Positions 12,241-24,057 of a stretch of 64,000 bases of DNA are shown piece by piece. The translations under genes were made by a program, and so were the position numbers. The notes under the pieces are model-generated. The model saw nothing but the letters and a program-made list of their open reading frames with translations. It was not told where the DNA came from and made no database searches. Source of the stretch: Paramecium tetraurelia (taxonomy: Eukaryota). The DNA lies in contig CT868077.1 in the NCBI GenBank assembly GCA_000165425.1, positions 1 through 64,000 on the forward strand. Direction: 5' to 3'. The first letter of the stretch is position 1. The number at the start of each line of letters is the position of its first letter.

Positions 12241-14090
12241 TCACGATAAAAATAATTTTGCTTAATTCTTATAAAGCTACAATTTCAGTATCTTTTCTGG
12301 ATCATCTTCTTAAAAGTAAACTATTGCCTTCTCAACCCAAAAATCCTTTTTCTTCTTAGATGGTTACAAATTCATCATAAAATGGAGCTAAAAATAAGTG
12401 TAATATACCTTTTTGGCATTTTTCACTAAAGCTTTAATGACTGGCATTTCTGTAAGATCCTAGGCAGTTTTTCCTGCAACCGTTTTAATTGAAGGATTTG
12501 CTTAATAAACTAGTAACACTCTAACGGTATCACAATTGTTATTTTTGGCAGCTATATGTAACGGAGTTCTACCCACTATTTTAATACTATGATTTTTTAC
12601 TCATATCTCTAGCATCTAGATCAGCACCGTTTTCAACTAATAATTTAATAACTTCTATTGAGTTATTGCCAACAGCATGATGCAGGGGAGTTTTCTATTA
12701 ATTATCACGATCGTAAACATGAAAACGACAATCTCTTAACATGCTCTCGATTTCTCTTAAGTTGTCAGCTTTTACTTACCTAAAAAATTCAACACTATTA
12801 GGTCTTTCATATGCTTAAGAGGGGAACACTTAATTATTCACAACATCATTTAAAGTTATATTGAATCGCTTTAATCTGTCCATAAAATTTCTAAGAGCTT
12901 TCATCACTCTTAACCTGAGATCAGCCTTGGCTTCTTCGTCTAATCTTTGAGTTTTTGGACTCTAAAGCCTTGCCGATGATTGAGTCTTTAGTGTTCTTAG
13001 AGTCTTTAGTGTTCGATAAGCAGATGGTTATTATGGTTATAACGCCTTTTTATTCTTTCTTACGTGATTCATTGTGTAATTAACTTCTCTGATGTCTTCT
13101 CTAAACTTTTTAACATTTGCAATCATTCCATTTATTAATTTTTACTCATCCTTTATTAATTATTCAGTCTACTCCTTCATTCTTCCATCTATTTTGTCTT
13201 GAATTATTCTAAGTTATTTATGAATTATTACTAAAAAAATTAGTCCATTTGAGATTTAGGAATAAATACATCAAAATCCTAATTCTCATCAGTCTTTTAT
13301 CTCTAAGATGCTACTTAATCTATCATCATCTCGTGCTTTTGACCGTAATTTCTTTTAAAAATAATATTTTTTTCTTAATTTGGTTTCCTATATTTAGAGA
13401 ACCTAATCTGATCTATGAATTTGTTTTAAAGGTTTTCGAATTCCCCTTCATCATCAGATATAAACAATGCCTTTGACATTTCTTTGGCAGACTACTAAAG
13501 TGCCTAGGCTGACTTTTCCATTTATATAATTGATTCGTAACTATTTTTTTCTAACTATCCATTTAGAAAGCTAGCCACGATTTTGCCGGTTGCACTATGA
13601 GATTATTACATAATTGCACATAAAAAGTGAGTCTACTATAATAATTTTTCTTTTGATTCCTCACCTTTAAGTGGATTTGACTAGGCGATACTATTATTAT
13701 TTAAGTTTCTTAAATTGGTTATTTTATTGCCTCTTCTCAAAGGAGGCTTGTTGGGTGGCAATTAAACTGTTTCAAGCTTATTCCTATATGATGGGTGAAT
13801 TTATTTGTTAAATCTATATGAAGGATCTGGATCAGAAGGATGAGTATGCAATTTGGGCGAGTTAATTGGAGAGCAATTCTAACTAATGAAGTCTGTGTTA
13901 ATAAAGGGACTCACTTATGACTTTTATAATAAGGTGGACGTTTTGGATATGTTTGGATAACTTATTGTTAGTGTGCTTATTACAATGTGGATGATGTTGT
14001 ATTTCTAGTGGTTCTTTACTTCTAAGCGGCCTTTAGTTCTGATTTTAGTTTAGCCTACTCTTAAGCAAGCATGTGCCCTAATTTAATCAT
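12241..14090 (-). CDS. Ankyrin-repeat protein (C-terminal ANK repeats, long low-complexity N-terminus)
   Basis: KTPLHHAVGNNSIEVIKLLVENGADLDARD and GRTPLHIAAKNNNCDTVRVLLVYQANP. The frame was traced from ATG 14090 through two 23-nt introns; TGA at 12241-12243. Confidence 0.85.
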
Positions 14091-14133
14091 TTTTTTTATA
14101 ATTATTATCTATAAAATGAGTGTTAAATTATCA

Positions 14134-16337
14134 TCACTATAATTCATATCTCGAACTTGTACTTCCTGGATTTTACAATCTAATATTATGAAATTGATAT
14201 ACAATGTATGTGGATTAACAATCTGTTGATACTTTTAACTTTATACAATTGGCTTATTTGGTAACTTCTTTGCTAATAGATCCAAATCTAAAATGTCTTA
14301 TTCTTAGATTTCCTCCTCATCAATATAGATCTAGAAGTCTCTCCAAAAGAATGGATTCAGTTTCATATCTTTAATGACATCCTCTGCACTTTAAATTAAA
14401 TCTTAACTTAATCCCCATAAGGAAATCTTGCCTTTCTTGCCTCCAACTAACAAATATTATCCATCATTTGAGAAATCTAATGAAACTATACTGAATATTC
14501 TGTTAATTTATTCGGACACTTAACCTGTTCCACATTCATATATTCTTATATTCGTTGGAAGCATCTTTTTATTTATCTTAGCATTTTTAGTCAAATATTC
14601 AATTGAAGGAATCTCTATAAATTATTTATCTGATGCATTAACTAACGGCAAATGAGCAACAGCAAAATATAATCCAGATTTATCAATCTTTAAATGTCTT
14701 GAAAAAGGAGGAACTGTTATTTTGGCTCTCTTCTCTGAACTTTATATTTTATATATATAAACAAATCCATAATTCGATAGTATTAGAATGTAATCTTTTG
14801 AAGGGTGTAAATCAAATCCAAATATTGTGCCTTCAATTGTATATATACTTAGAGCTAAGGCTGATAACTAAGAATTTCCTTTATCAATTTGATGTCTCCT
14901 AACAGAATTATGATTATAGACAGTCAATGAATTGAATGATTTATCATTCCTTGGAATATAGGAAGTTGAATATGCTTGGGTGTTAACTTTAACGATGTCA
15001 AATTCTAATTAAAATAGTTTGATTCCCACAAAGGATATATTTTCAAGCTTATCTTCCAACTTCAGTACAGGCTTGAGTTAATTTTCACAATCTAAAATAA
15101 TTGTAAATCCGTTTTTAAAGGCTACTCCCAAATACTGATATGCGGGACTAAACTGCATTTCTTTAATTCCTAAATTTTAAGTTAAAGCAATTTGCCTACG
15201 AAATTATACGTTGTTTAAAGAGAAAACAAACAATTATCCTTTATTATCTCCTAAATATATGTCATCTCTATAATTGTCAATGACACAGCATTTAATTTTA
15301 GTCTGAAATTACCCAATATAATATTTACTCATTGAGAATTTATCTCCACGAGAATTAGAGACTCCAAAAGAGCCATCATTTGAACATGAATAAAATTAAT
15401 TGCTTTGTACAGGATCCCAAGAAACTTAATTAATTCTCCCTCCATGTCCATTTTATTAATTTAATATTATTCTTTTATTGATATCCATAGTGACCAAGGT
15501 AGAATCATTCAAGGAGAATACAAGAATTTGATTAGAGTGCTTTAATTATACGCAATAGCAAGTATCATTTGCATGAATCTCTGTTACAAATTTAAGGGTA
15601 GATATTTCATATATAAATATCTTACCACTCCTTGTTGATAAATATAAATATTATTCAAAGCTTGTAGAGGCAGCAAATTCTTAATCTGGAGCTTTTAATT
15701 AAGAAATCAGATCTCCTTCTGAATTTAGAATGTATAAATCTCCTGTCACCAATATAAGAATGATTAAATTCAAAGATTTGTTTGTGTCTATGTGTTTAAT
15801 ATTCTTTAATGTTATCCTATTTGTGATTTGAACACTATTGGATACTAAGTTCCAAAGAGTAACCTATCCATTACACATGAAGCATAATTTAGTTTTTGGT
15901 TTTGAGGGCAAATAAGAAAATCCATAACAAGGATTCAGATTATCTAAATCAGTAATGAAAACTAGTTTATATTATTGAATGTCATAAACAAGTATTCGAT
16001 GACCTGTATTAACTTCAATGATAATCAATTAATTATTAATATTCGCCATAAATATGTTTACTGTTTTCTTATCAGTGTCAGGTAGATAGTCATCGAAAGT
16101 TCGATTAAAGGAGTCAAATTCAGAAATTTATAGGTGATTCTTAAATCCCATACTTACTGATGCAATAAGATTCTATCCACAAAAACAGATTGCCACAATC
16201 TAATTAACATGGCCATGCATTTAAACTTTAGAATTATTTGTAGTATCAAGCAATAGTAAACTGTTTCCTTATTCAAAAGCAACTAAATCATTTTTTACAT
16301 CAAATGAATTTGTGCCACCTAGAAAATCAATAATCAT
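14134..16337 (-). CDS. WD40-repeat protein
   Basis: MHGHVNQIVAICF, GHGGRINQVSWDPVQSNQFYSCSNDG and IVSLDFSNDGQYLLVGGKKGKISLW in a long code-6 frame. Confidence 0.75.
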
Positions 16338-16382
16338 AGGAAATAAAATTATATATGTTTTATTTTAATATGTTTAATTTGG

Positions 16383-19300
16383 TCAAAAACCTGGTGGCTA
16401 GTATGATCCAAATTGTTATCCTCCATAACCCATAGGAGCTTAATTCATTTAGGAATTTGTAAAACCTGAAGACTATCCAAAACCTAAATTGCTACTACTC
16501 ATCTAGCTGGGTGGACCCAACATTAATTAACCTTAGTTCAATAGGAAATCTTAAGCTATTGGTAAGGCTTATGATTATTGTTATTATGCAGTTTGAATTT
16601 CCTATTTAATAAATACAAAATTGTACCTTCTTTTCTCTGTCCTCGTGCTTCTTTTATACATACTCAATCTTGTGAGTCAATTCCCAAGTGATTTAGATGA
16701 AGTATGGCATAGCAAATTCCATAAGGCCTGATCTCCAGGTCAATTCCATAACTTAGTCTGGTTTCAATAAATCATAGCATGTGTAAAGACACACTGTAAA
16801 GAACTCGCTCTCCTTATTCTATATGAAGAATTCCAATAATTCATAGACTAACTTAACATTCTAAGATTCTTAAGCAGTTTCGATGGCATCTCTGTACATT
16901 TAGTCTTATTTACTCAAGTTCATTGATAAATCATATTTCTAAATCTTTCTATATAAATAAGCAGCGATTCTTCTGAATTCAACTAATTCGTGAGATTAGG
17001 TCTTTTATGCCAAAGCCAATTAGTCAAAGTTTTCATAGTTCTTGACTGATTCTCTAAGATTTTCATAGTCCTCAATATCTAAATAGAGTTGATTCAAGGC
17101 ATCGTTAACATCTTTGTTATTGGCATTTTGGATTTGTTATAAAAATGGTAATGTCAAAGCCAAATAGCCAGTGTTCTTCATCAATTTAACAAATTTGCTT
17201 AAATCGATCTTAGATTGAATGCTTCTCAATAAATCATTAATTTATTCTGGTTATTCTTCAAGGTAAAAGAGAATACATTTGTAATACAAATCTGTATTGG
17301 TAATCTTTTAGAGTAACATGACTAGAACATCATGTGAGAAGGCAGTTGGTGAATGCTCGATCATAATGTTGATAGCATTATCTGGTTAATCATAGTGTTG
17401 ATGTAAGTAGACAGCTTCACTCCAGAGACACATCTTTTCACAAGTTCTTAAGACTTTCAAAATGTTCATCTTCTAGAAGTATTATCTGCAGTGTTCCATG
17501 ACTTTCTTCTATTTGTAATGGCAATAAAGAACTGCTAATTCTGTGAAGATACCAACATGTGCTCTTTACATACCTAAGGCATTCTCCAATAATATCATCA
17601 TTTCCTCTTATGCATTGTATTCTTCATATTATTTTATCAATGACTCCAACATATCTGGTACAATGATAATATTCTAAGCAGCAATCGAAGCATACTTGAA
17701 TTCTGATGCCTCAACACAAGCAAAGCATAATTCTTTCCATGTCTTGGAAGTATTGGCCTTTTAAGCTGCTTCAATAGCTTTGTTAAATTATTTTAATCTA
17801 ACCAAACAAGATGCTATTCTTGCATTATTTTTAAGGGCAGTGAACAAGATCTTAGCTGCCTCATATAATTATTGATCATAGCATCTCTCTCCTACCTTAA
17901 TTACATCTGCTGAGTTGCTTGATTAAATCAAAGATTCAACATCTAAGTTCTTGTCTAATTTTGCATAACAATAGATTAATGAATTGTCAATGTTGACATC
18001 CTTGACTGTTTATCTGCACATTAAGAGATATTTGACTAATAATTCATATTTCTCTTCTTATTCAGCAACATTAATAATATTCAAGAATGCACTTGAATCA
18101 TTAGCCTTGATGTAGCAATCAATTGATTCATTTGTTTATCCTTAATTCAAATAAGCTTCAGCCAATAATGACCATACTTCTGGGGAACTAGCATACTAAG
18201 CATATTCATGAGCTCTTGGAATGCTTCCCAAATTTCTGAGTAATACATTAACAGCATCAATGTGTAAATTAAATTTCTTAAAGACAGCATAAGCCTCTTC
18301 AAACAAGTTATATTCTTCATTCAAACAATGTTAAGCAATAATTTATGGATCGAATTTATCCAATCTATTGATGTAATCCAACACTTTGCTTGTGTCACTT
18401 TGAATGGCTGTGATGATTAATAAATTCTATAATTATTTGTATTACATAAATTCAGGGTTATGTAAAACCAATTTCTCCAACAAACCCAATAATTCATAAG
18501 GAATCTTGGCCAACACAAATGCTTTGACAGCTGCTTAAACTTCATCAACATTCTTTGAGTCTTGTAATGCTTAAATGACATAGTCAATTAAATTTTTTCT
18601 GTGTGGATTTGTCTCTTATAATACTCCAGCCCATAAATCAACATCCTATCTTTCTACGAGATATTTGGCTTAGACTCTGTACATTTCATTTTTGTTTGTT
18701 AAATTAATTAATTCTTAATCGCATTGTCCCCAAGCTCTCTTGTAAGCTAGAACTGCTAATTAAGGATCTCTTTCCTCACAGAATTTACCAACAGCCTTTG
18801 CATCATAGAATTGATTATTGATCAAGAAACCATCAGGATCTTATGATGTATCAATCTTGATTTTGGCTAATGCATTGTGAATAGCTGGAATTTGGTTGCC
18901 TTCTGTAACTCTAGCTTCAAGCCATTATTCTAAGACTCTAAGTTTATTTCTTTTTTCGAATTCATCAACAGTTGGTTCAATTGGACACATTCCACGGATG
19001 TTATACAACAATTATTTCAAGTAAACTTCATCGCATTCCAAATCAATTAATGTACCAAATACACCAGGAGCAGCATTAGGATTAACTTTGAAGATATAGA
19101 TTTCAATATATCTAGTGAATCCATTTTTATAAAGATATCTGGTCAATTCATCAACAAATCCATTCATATCACATAAGAATATCAATGGTCTTGGATCAGA
19201 TAACTTTTATTCCTTTAAGTAATTTTTGACTTTATCAGCATCATAACAATCTCCTTTTTCTGTAATAACTCTTTCTAATTCTTTGATTTAATTGCATTTA

Positions 19301-21613
19301 GCAGCAGCTTCGATATATTTATAATAGATATCCTTATCAGATGTTGTGTTAATCAAAGATCCCAAAAATAGGTAGACTCCTTCAAATGCACTAACAGATT
19401 CAAAAGACTTTAATGCAAGCTGGAATTGTTAATCTTTAATTATTTTAAACTGCGACATTGACAACAACTTATAGATTCTATCTATTGTGTCTTAATAAAT
19501 CTTAAAGGCATTATAATGTCAATGCAGGATCAACTCTGGATAAGAAATTGACAAGGAATTCAGGAGGGAGAGCATGAGTATTAAGAATAACTCTTTTAAC
19601 ATCCTTTGGATCTGAATAATTTTCAAGTGCTCTTTGATAAAGTCCTTTTTATTCACATAATTGGGCAACTCTAATTCTATCAAATTGGGTCCAGATGTTC
19701 ATTTATAAGATGGCATCGGCAACTTATGCAGCAGCCTATAAGTTCAAGCATAAGACTTTAGTTTAGAGTGGTCCATCTTCAGCTCTGTTGTTTTTCATGC
19801 ATTCAACCAAGAAGGCTGTCATTTCTGGTAATCTCTAGAATTATTCAAATAATTCAGCAATTTGATGAACATTGATGCTTTGGTCTCTTTGATATAAAGA
19901 TTTGGCCATAGCTAAGGCTTGTTCTGGAGATTACATCATCATATTTCTCAACATAGCCATGTAATCTGTTGATACTCCAAATTGTTATTGTAATTGCATA
20001 GCCAATTCTAGCTATCCAGTTTCCATATAGCATTATGCTAATTTCTAGTATGATTTAGATTATTTGTAGATTTGAATAGCTAAATTGGCATCATATCTTT
20101 TTAAGAGATCTCCTAATTCATCTGATGGTTCTAATTTATTTTATGCAATCCACTATTCAACGAATTGTTTTCTTCCTTGTTATAAAATTGGTCCACACAA
20201 TTCGATAGCTTCAAATTTATTCAATGTTCCCTTTTCTAATAATGTTTGGAAATAGACGATGAGTGGTTATGGTTATCCTGGTTGTTATTGCATTTATTTG
20301 AATTTAGCAATACTTTCTGGGTTTCTAAGAACTGTACCAGGAGCACTGGCAGCAATTTTAGCAGCACTCAAAGCATCTCCAGATAAGATGGCCTTATTGA
20401 ATTGATCTACAAACATATTATCTGCTCCAGGAAGCTTATATCTACTGGCCAAACGGAATCCCAATTGAATAACATCTGGAATATGTCTGCAAGTGTTAAT
20501 TAAGTAAGACACCAATTAGTCATCATTAACAGATATTGTGTAGACAATACCTTCCTTACCAATAATATGATATTATCCTTGATTAATGTTTGGGGCACCT
20601 ACAAAGACATTCTCGTTGCAGATTCTCTATTGGATTATAAAATATCATTTTATACCTCTCTGAATATCAAACTGGCAGTGCTTAATTCATAGACAGTCAA
20701 AAATGAAAATTTGCTTATTACATAGATCAATCCATATTTTTGATTAATGTGCATTAAGACTGGGAAATCTGTTGGATAATTTGGATCAGTTTAAACTTCA
20801 ACTTATCTTTTGTATTTTTAGAATCCATTGGGTGGTACTCCAATTTCTGTGATGTGTAATCTGCTTGTTGTTTCACCAGACTTTCTCTCCACAAAACAGA
20901 ATAAACTGCTTTTGTAGTCATCTGTGTGAATCAAGGCATCTCCAAAACAACAACAATGTCCTTCTAAGATTTATTACCTTGCCTATTCAATCAAAAATAA
21001 TTGAATGTGACCATTAATTGTTCTACCTCCATCTGGTGTTGAAATACCATATAATGCACACCATTTTTCATTTCCTTCCAATCCATATCCTATGATTTAC
21101 ACTGGATTCTCTAATGACAATGCTCCAGATCTTGTTTTATTATTATTTAATACGATACCTGTCCATCACTTTGACTTGTTGCTCATTGGGATTTGTGATA
21201 TTGATGTGATATACTGCTGTTGGAGTAACATATGCTAATTTTTATGGGTTGACCCATCTCCAAAACACTATAGTCTCATTCAATTCGACATTCTTTATTC
21301 TTTACTTCTCATCCAAATTGAAGATTTAGATCACAGTTGAATTTGGCTATTCCCCTGCAGCTCTAAGAGCGATGATATTCTTTTCTGGATGCATTAAAGC
21401 AGAGTCTGCCTTGTTTGGCTTACGAGAAATCAATTGCTTTGTCTCAAAATTGAATTGCAATAATTGAGTATCTCCATTCGGGGCTGTCTCTCTGATTGTG
21501 ATATATTTATCTGATTCGAAGAATATTTAACCAAACTTGAAATTGGTTTGACTAACACCCAATTAAGAAAATCGGTATGCCTCTTAAACTCTTATTGGTC
21601 TTATTGGATTCAT
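16383..21613 (-). CDS. CHC1: Clathrin heavy chain
   Basis: N-terminus has [11 protein letters not shown] and [23 protein letters not shown] and [10 protein letters not shown] are in the ORF track; CHCR repeats include [12 protein letters not shown] and [18 protein letters not shown] segments. About 1700 aa. One extra base at 19402-19405. Confidence 0.97.
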
Positions 21614-22278
21614 AAAAAAATAAAAATTTAAATTTCACATCTCCACATCATATCGGTATTTGAATTCAATAATTAATTAGCGTGATTTAATAATTATATA
21701 ATAGGTATTACGCAAATCATTTTTATATTTCCTTACCAACTATCCTTCCTCTTGCTACAATTCCCATAGTTTATACTCTATTTTCTCAAGAATGCAACAA
21801 AAATGCTCAACATTTCCCTTATCTGTTAATGAGGTCTGAATATTTAAGAAAAGGTTGCATCATTTTTGTTATAATAATATACTTTATTCTCTTTTGGCTA
21901 TTTAAATTGATAAAATTTCAAATGGAGATTACAAATTGAATTAATCAATTAATTATTCTTTTGGTTATCAAAAAATAAATAATTCATTTTGTGAAATAAT
22001 GCCTATTTTAAATTCATAATTATTACCCTTATTCAAATGTGATTTATCTATATTAAGGAGAAGTGAAGTTTAGTTTCAATTTAATTACTAATTCAAATTT
22101 GATCAATTACTTCTCTTCTCTTTTATTTTGAGATTAAAAAGGGTTTGATTATGTTTTTTGATATTATCTTATATGAATGAAGTTAAATAAAAAAGCACAA
22201 TAAACATAATTTTAAATTTTTTGGAATATCATATTTGTATGTTCATTATCAAGATTTATGATCATAAATTTTATTAAT

Positions 22279-23563
22279 ATGAATAAAAGTTTTAAAAGTT
22301 ACCCTTCCTTCGCTGCATTCTAGACAGAGCAGGCCAAATCAAATAGGTAATTTTGATAAGTATATCAGTTTGAAAAAAGATTACTCTATGTTTATCATAA
22401 CTCAGTTTATGATTTGACGGATTTCATAGATAAACATCCTGGTGGAAGAGGTCCTTTGAATACATACAAAGGGAGAGACTTAGAAAATGTATTAAATTAT
22501 GCTTAGATTATAGATATTTTTCAATCCAGCAATACACAAACATAGCTAATCGGCACTGTATACAATGGAACGGTATAAATGTGGAGTAATTGAGAACAAA
22601 CCGATTTAATAACAACAATAAACCATGTTAGGCTCAAAATCAACAAATGTTTCGCAATCTATTGTTACGAATAAATCCCAGAAAAATACACCTTAAAAAA
22701 ATGATTCTGATAAAAAACTTCAATAAAAATCACAATCTGTTAAACCTAAAGCTCAACCACAAGAAGATAGACTAAATCAATCTATGAGCAAATTAAATCA
22801 ATCGATGACAAGCAGTGTTAAATCTTAATTTCTACTCATACCAACATAATAAGAAATACTGATGATACAAAAATAGAAATAGCAGAAACTGATTAAATCG
22901 TGGAAGTAATCTGAAATTGAAGAATTGAAGAGACAATAAGCTGAAGTCGAATAACTAAGAGTTGAAAAAAAAGATGATCGAAAGACTTAAAGTGAAATAT
23001 TAGTCTCACCCCGTAAGAAGTCGACTAACCCCTATTATTTAGCATGGCTTGAGAGATAAAATCGATAGGAGTTACAAAAATAGGAGGAATCCACAACTAA
23101 TATCCTCCCGGCTTATCTCACATAATCTAATGATCAAAATATGATCAAGCAAGAAGATACTAAGTATTAATCATAATCTTATGATGTCGATAAAAAGAGA
23201 TAATACGACTCAAAGCTATCCTAATCAGTCATTATAGAGAAAACATAGAAGAAAGTCAATCCTTACTATGAAGAATGGAAGAGAAGATAAAGCTTAAAAA
23301 GCTAAGATTACTAAAAAGAATAAGTTTCATAAGAGAACAACCAACTATCAAAATAGCAATCAATCATTATGGAAGAGAATGAATCATAGATTTCTGGTTA
23401 ACCATCTTCTATGAATAATAGTTTTCAAAGATCCTACTCAATGAGTTAAAGAACAATCATGCAAGAAGATCCTTAATTAAGTGTACCTGTTTTTGCTCCA
23501 AAATTCATCTCTCCAATTAAAGCCAAATTTGTGTTTAGCATGAAAAAGCTAGAAAGTAGATGA
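22279..23563 (+). CDS. Cytochrome b5-like heme-binding domain protein with a long Q/E/K/S-rich tail
   Basis: VYDLTDFIDKHPGG...GRDLEN...IHKHSQSA contains both His ligand positions. Two tiny introns; TGA at 23561-23563. Confidence 0.8.
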
Positions 23564-24057
23564 TTTTTGGAACATATAAGATTTTAACTACTATATATAA
23601 TTCAAGTTTATAAAATTATCAATTGATAGGATGAAATATTATTTTATTTCCTTCCTTCTTTTGAGTAATAATTTTTATTTCTAAATTTTCAATTAAACAT
23701 AAATCTCATTCTCCTGAATAACGGGTTCTCTTTTTGGACTACATTTGTCATTTATATAAAATACATTAAATAAATTGATGTTATTTATATATTGACTTAC
23801 AAATAGAAAGAATTTAGAAAACAGTTTAATAGATTTTTAGTGCAAAGAAGAGTATGAATTAAAATATAGAATATAAAACTCTTGATTTTGAATCGATATA
23901 TATGAAAATCATTAGTATTTTATAATGTAAATAGTTTTTCTTTCAAAATATGTTTCTATACAGAAATGATAAAATTTCTATGTGTCCTGATGTTGGAAGA
24001 TAGTTATGATCAAAATATTTTCTTTATTTGAAAATTTTCTTTATTATAATAATAATC

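Noticed and set aside
12982..13014. 18-bp-period duplication in the ankyrin gene
   Set aside because: It is an ordinary in-frame slippage (RTLKTL/RTLKTQ) in a disordered region.
21715..21860. Minus-strand MGIVARGRIVGKEI resembling a translation-factor C-terminus
   Set aside because: It is too short, has an in-frame TGA just upstream, and has no supporting domain.
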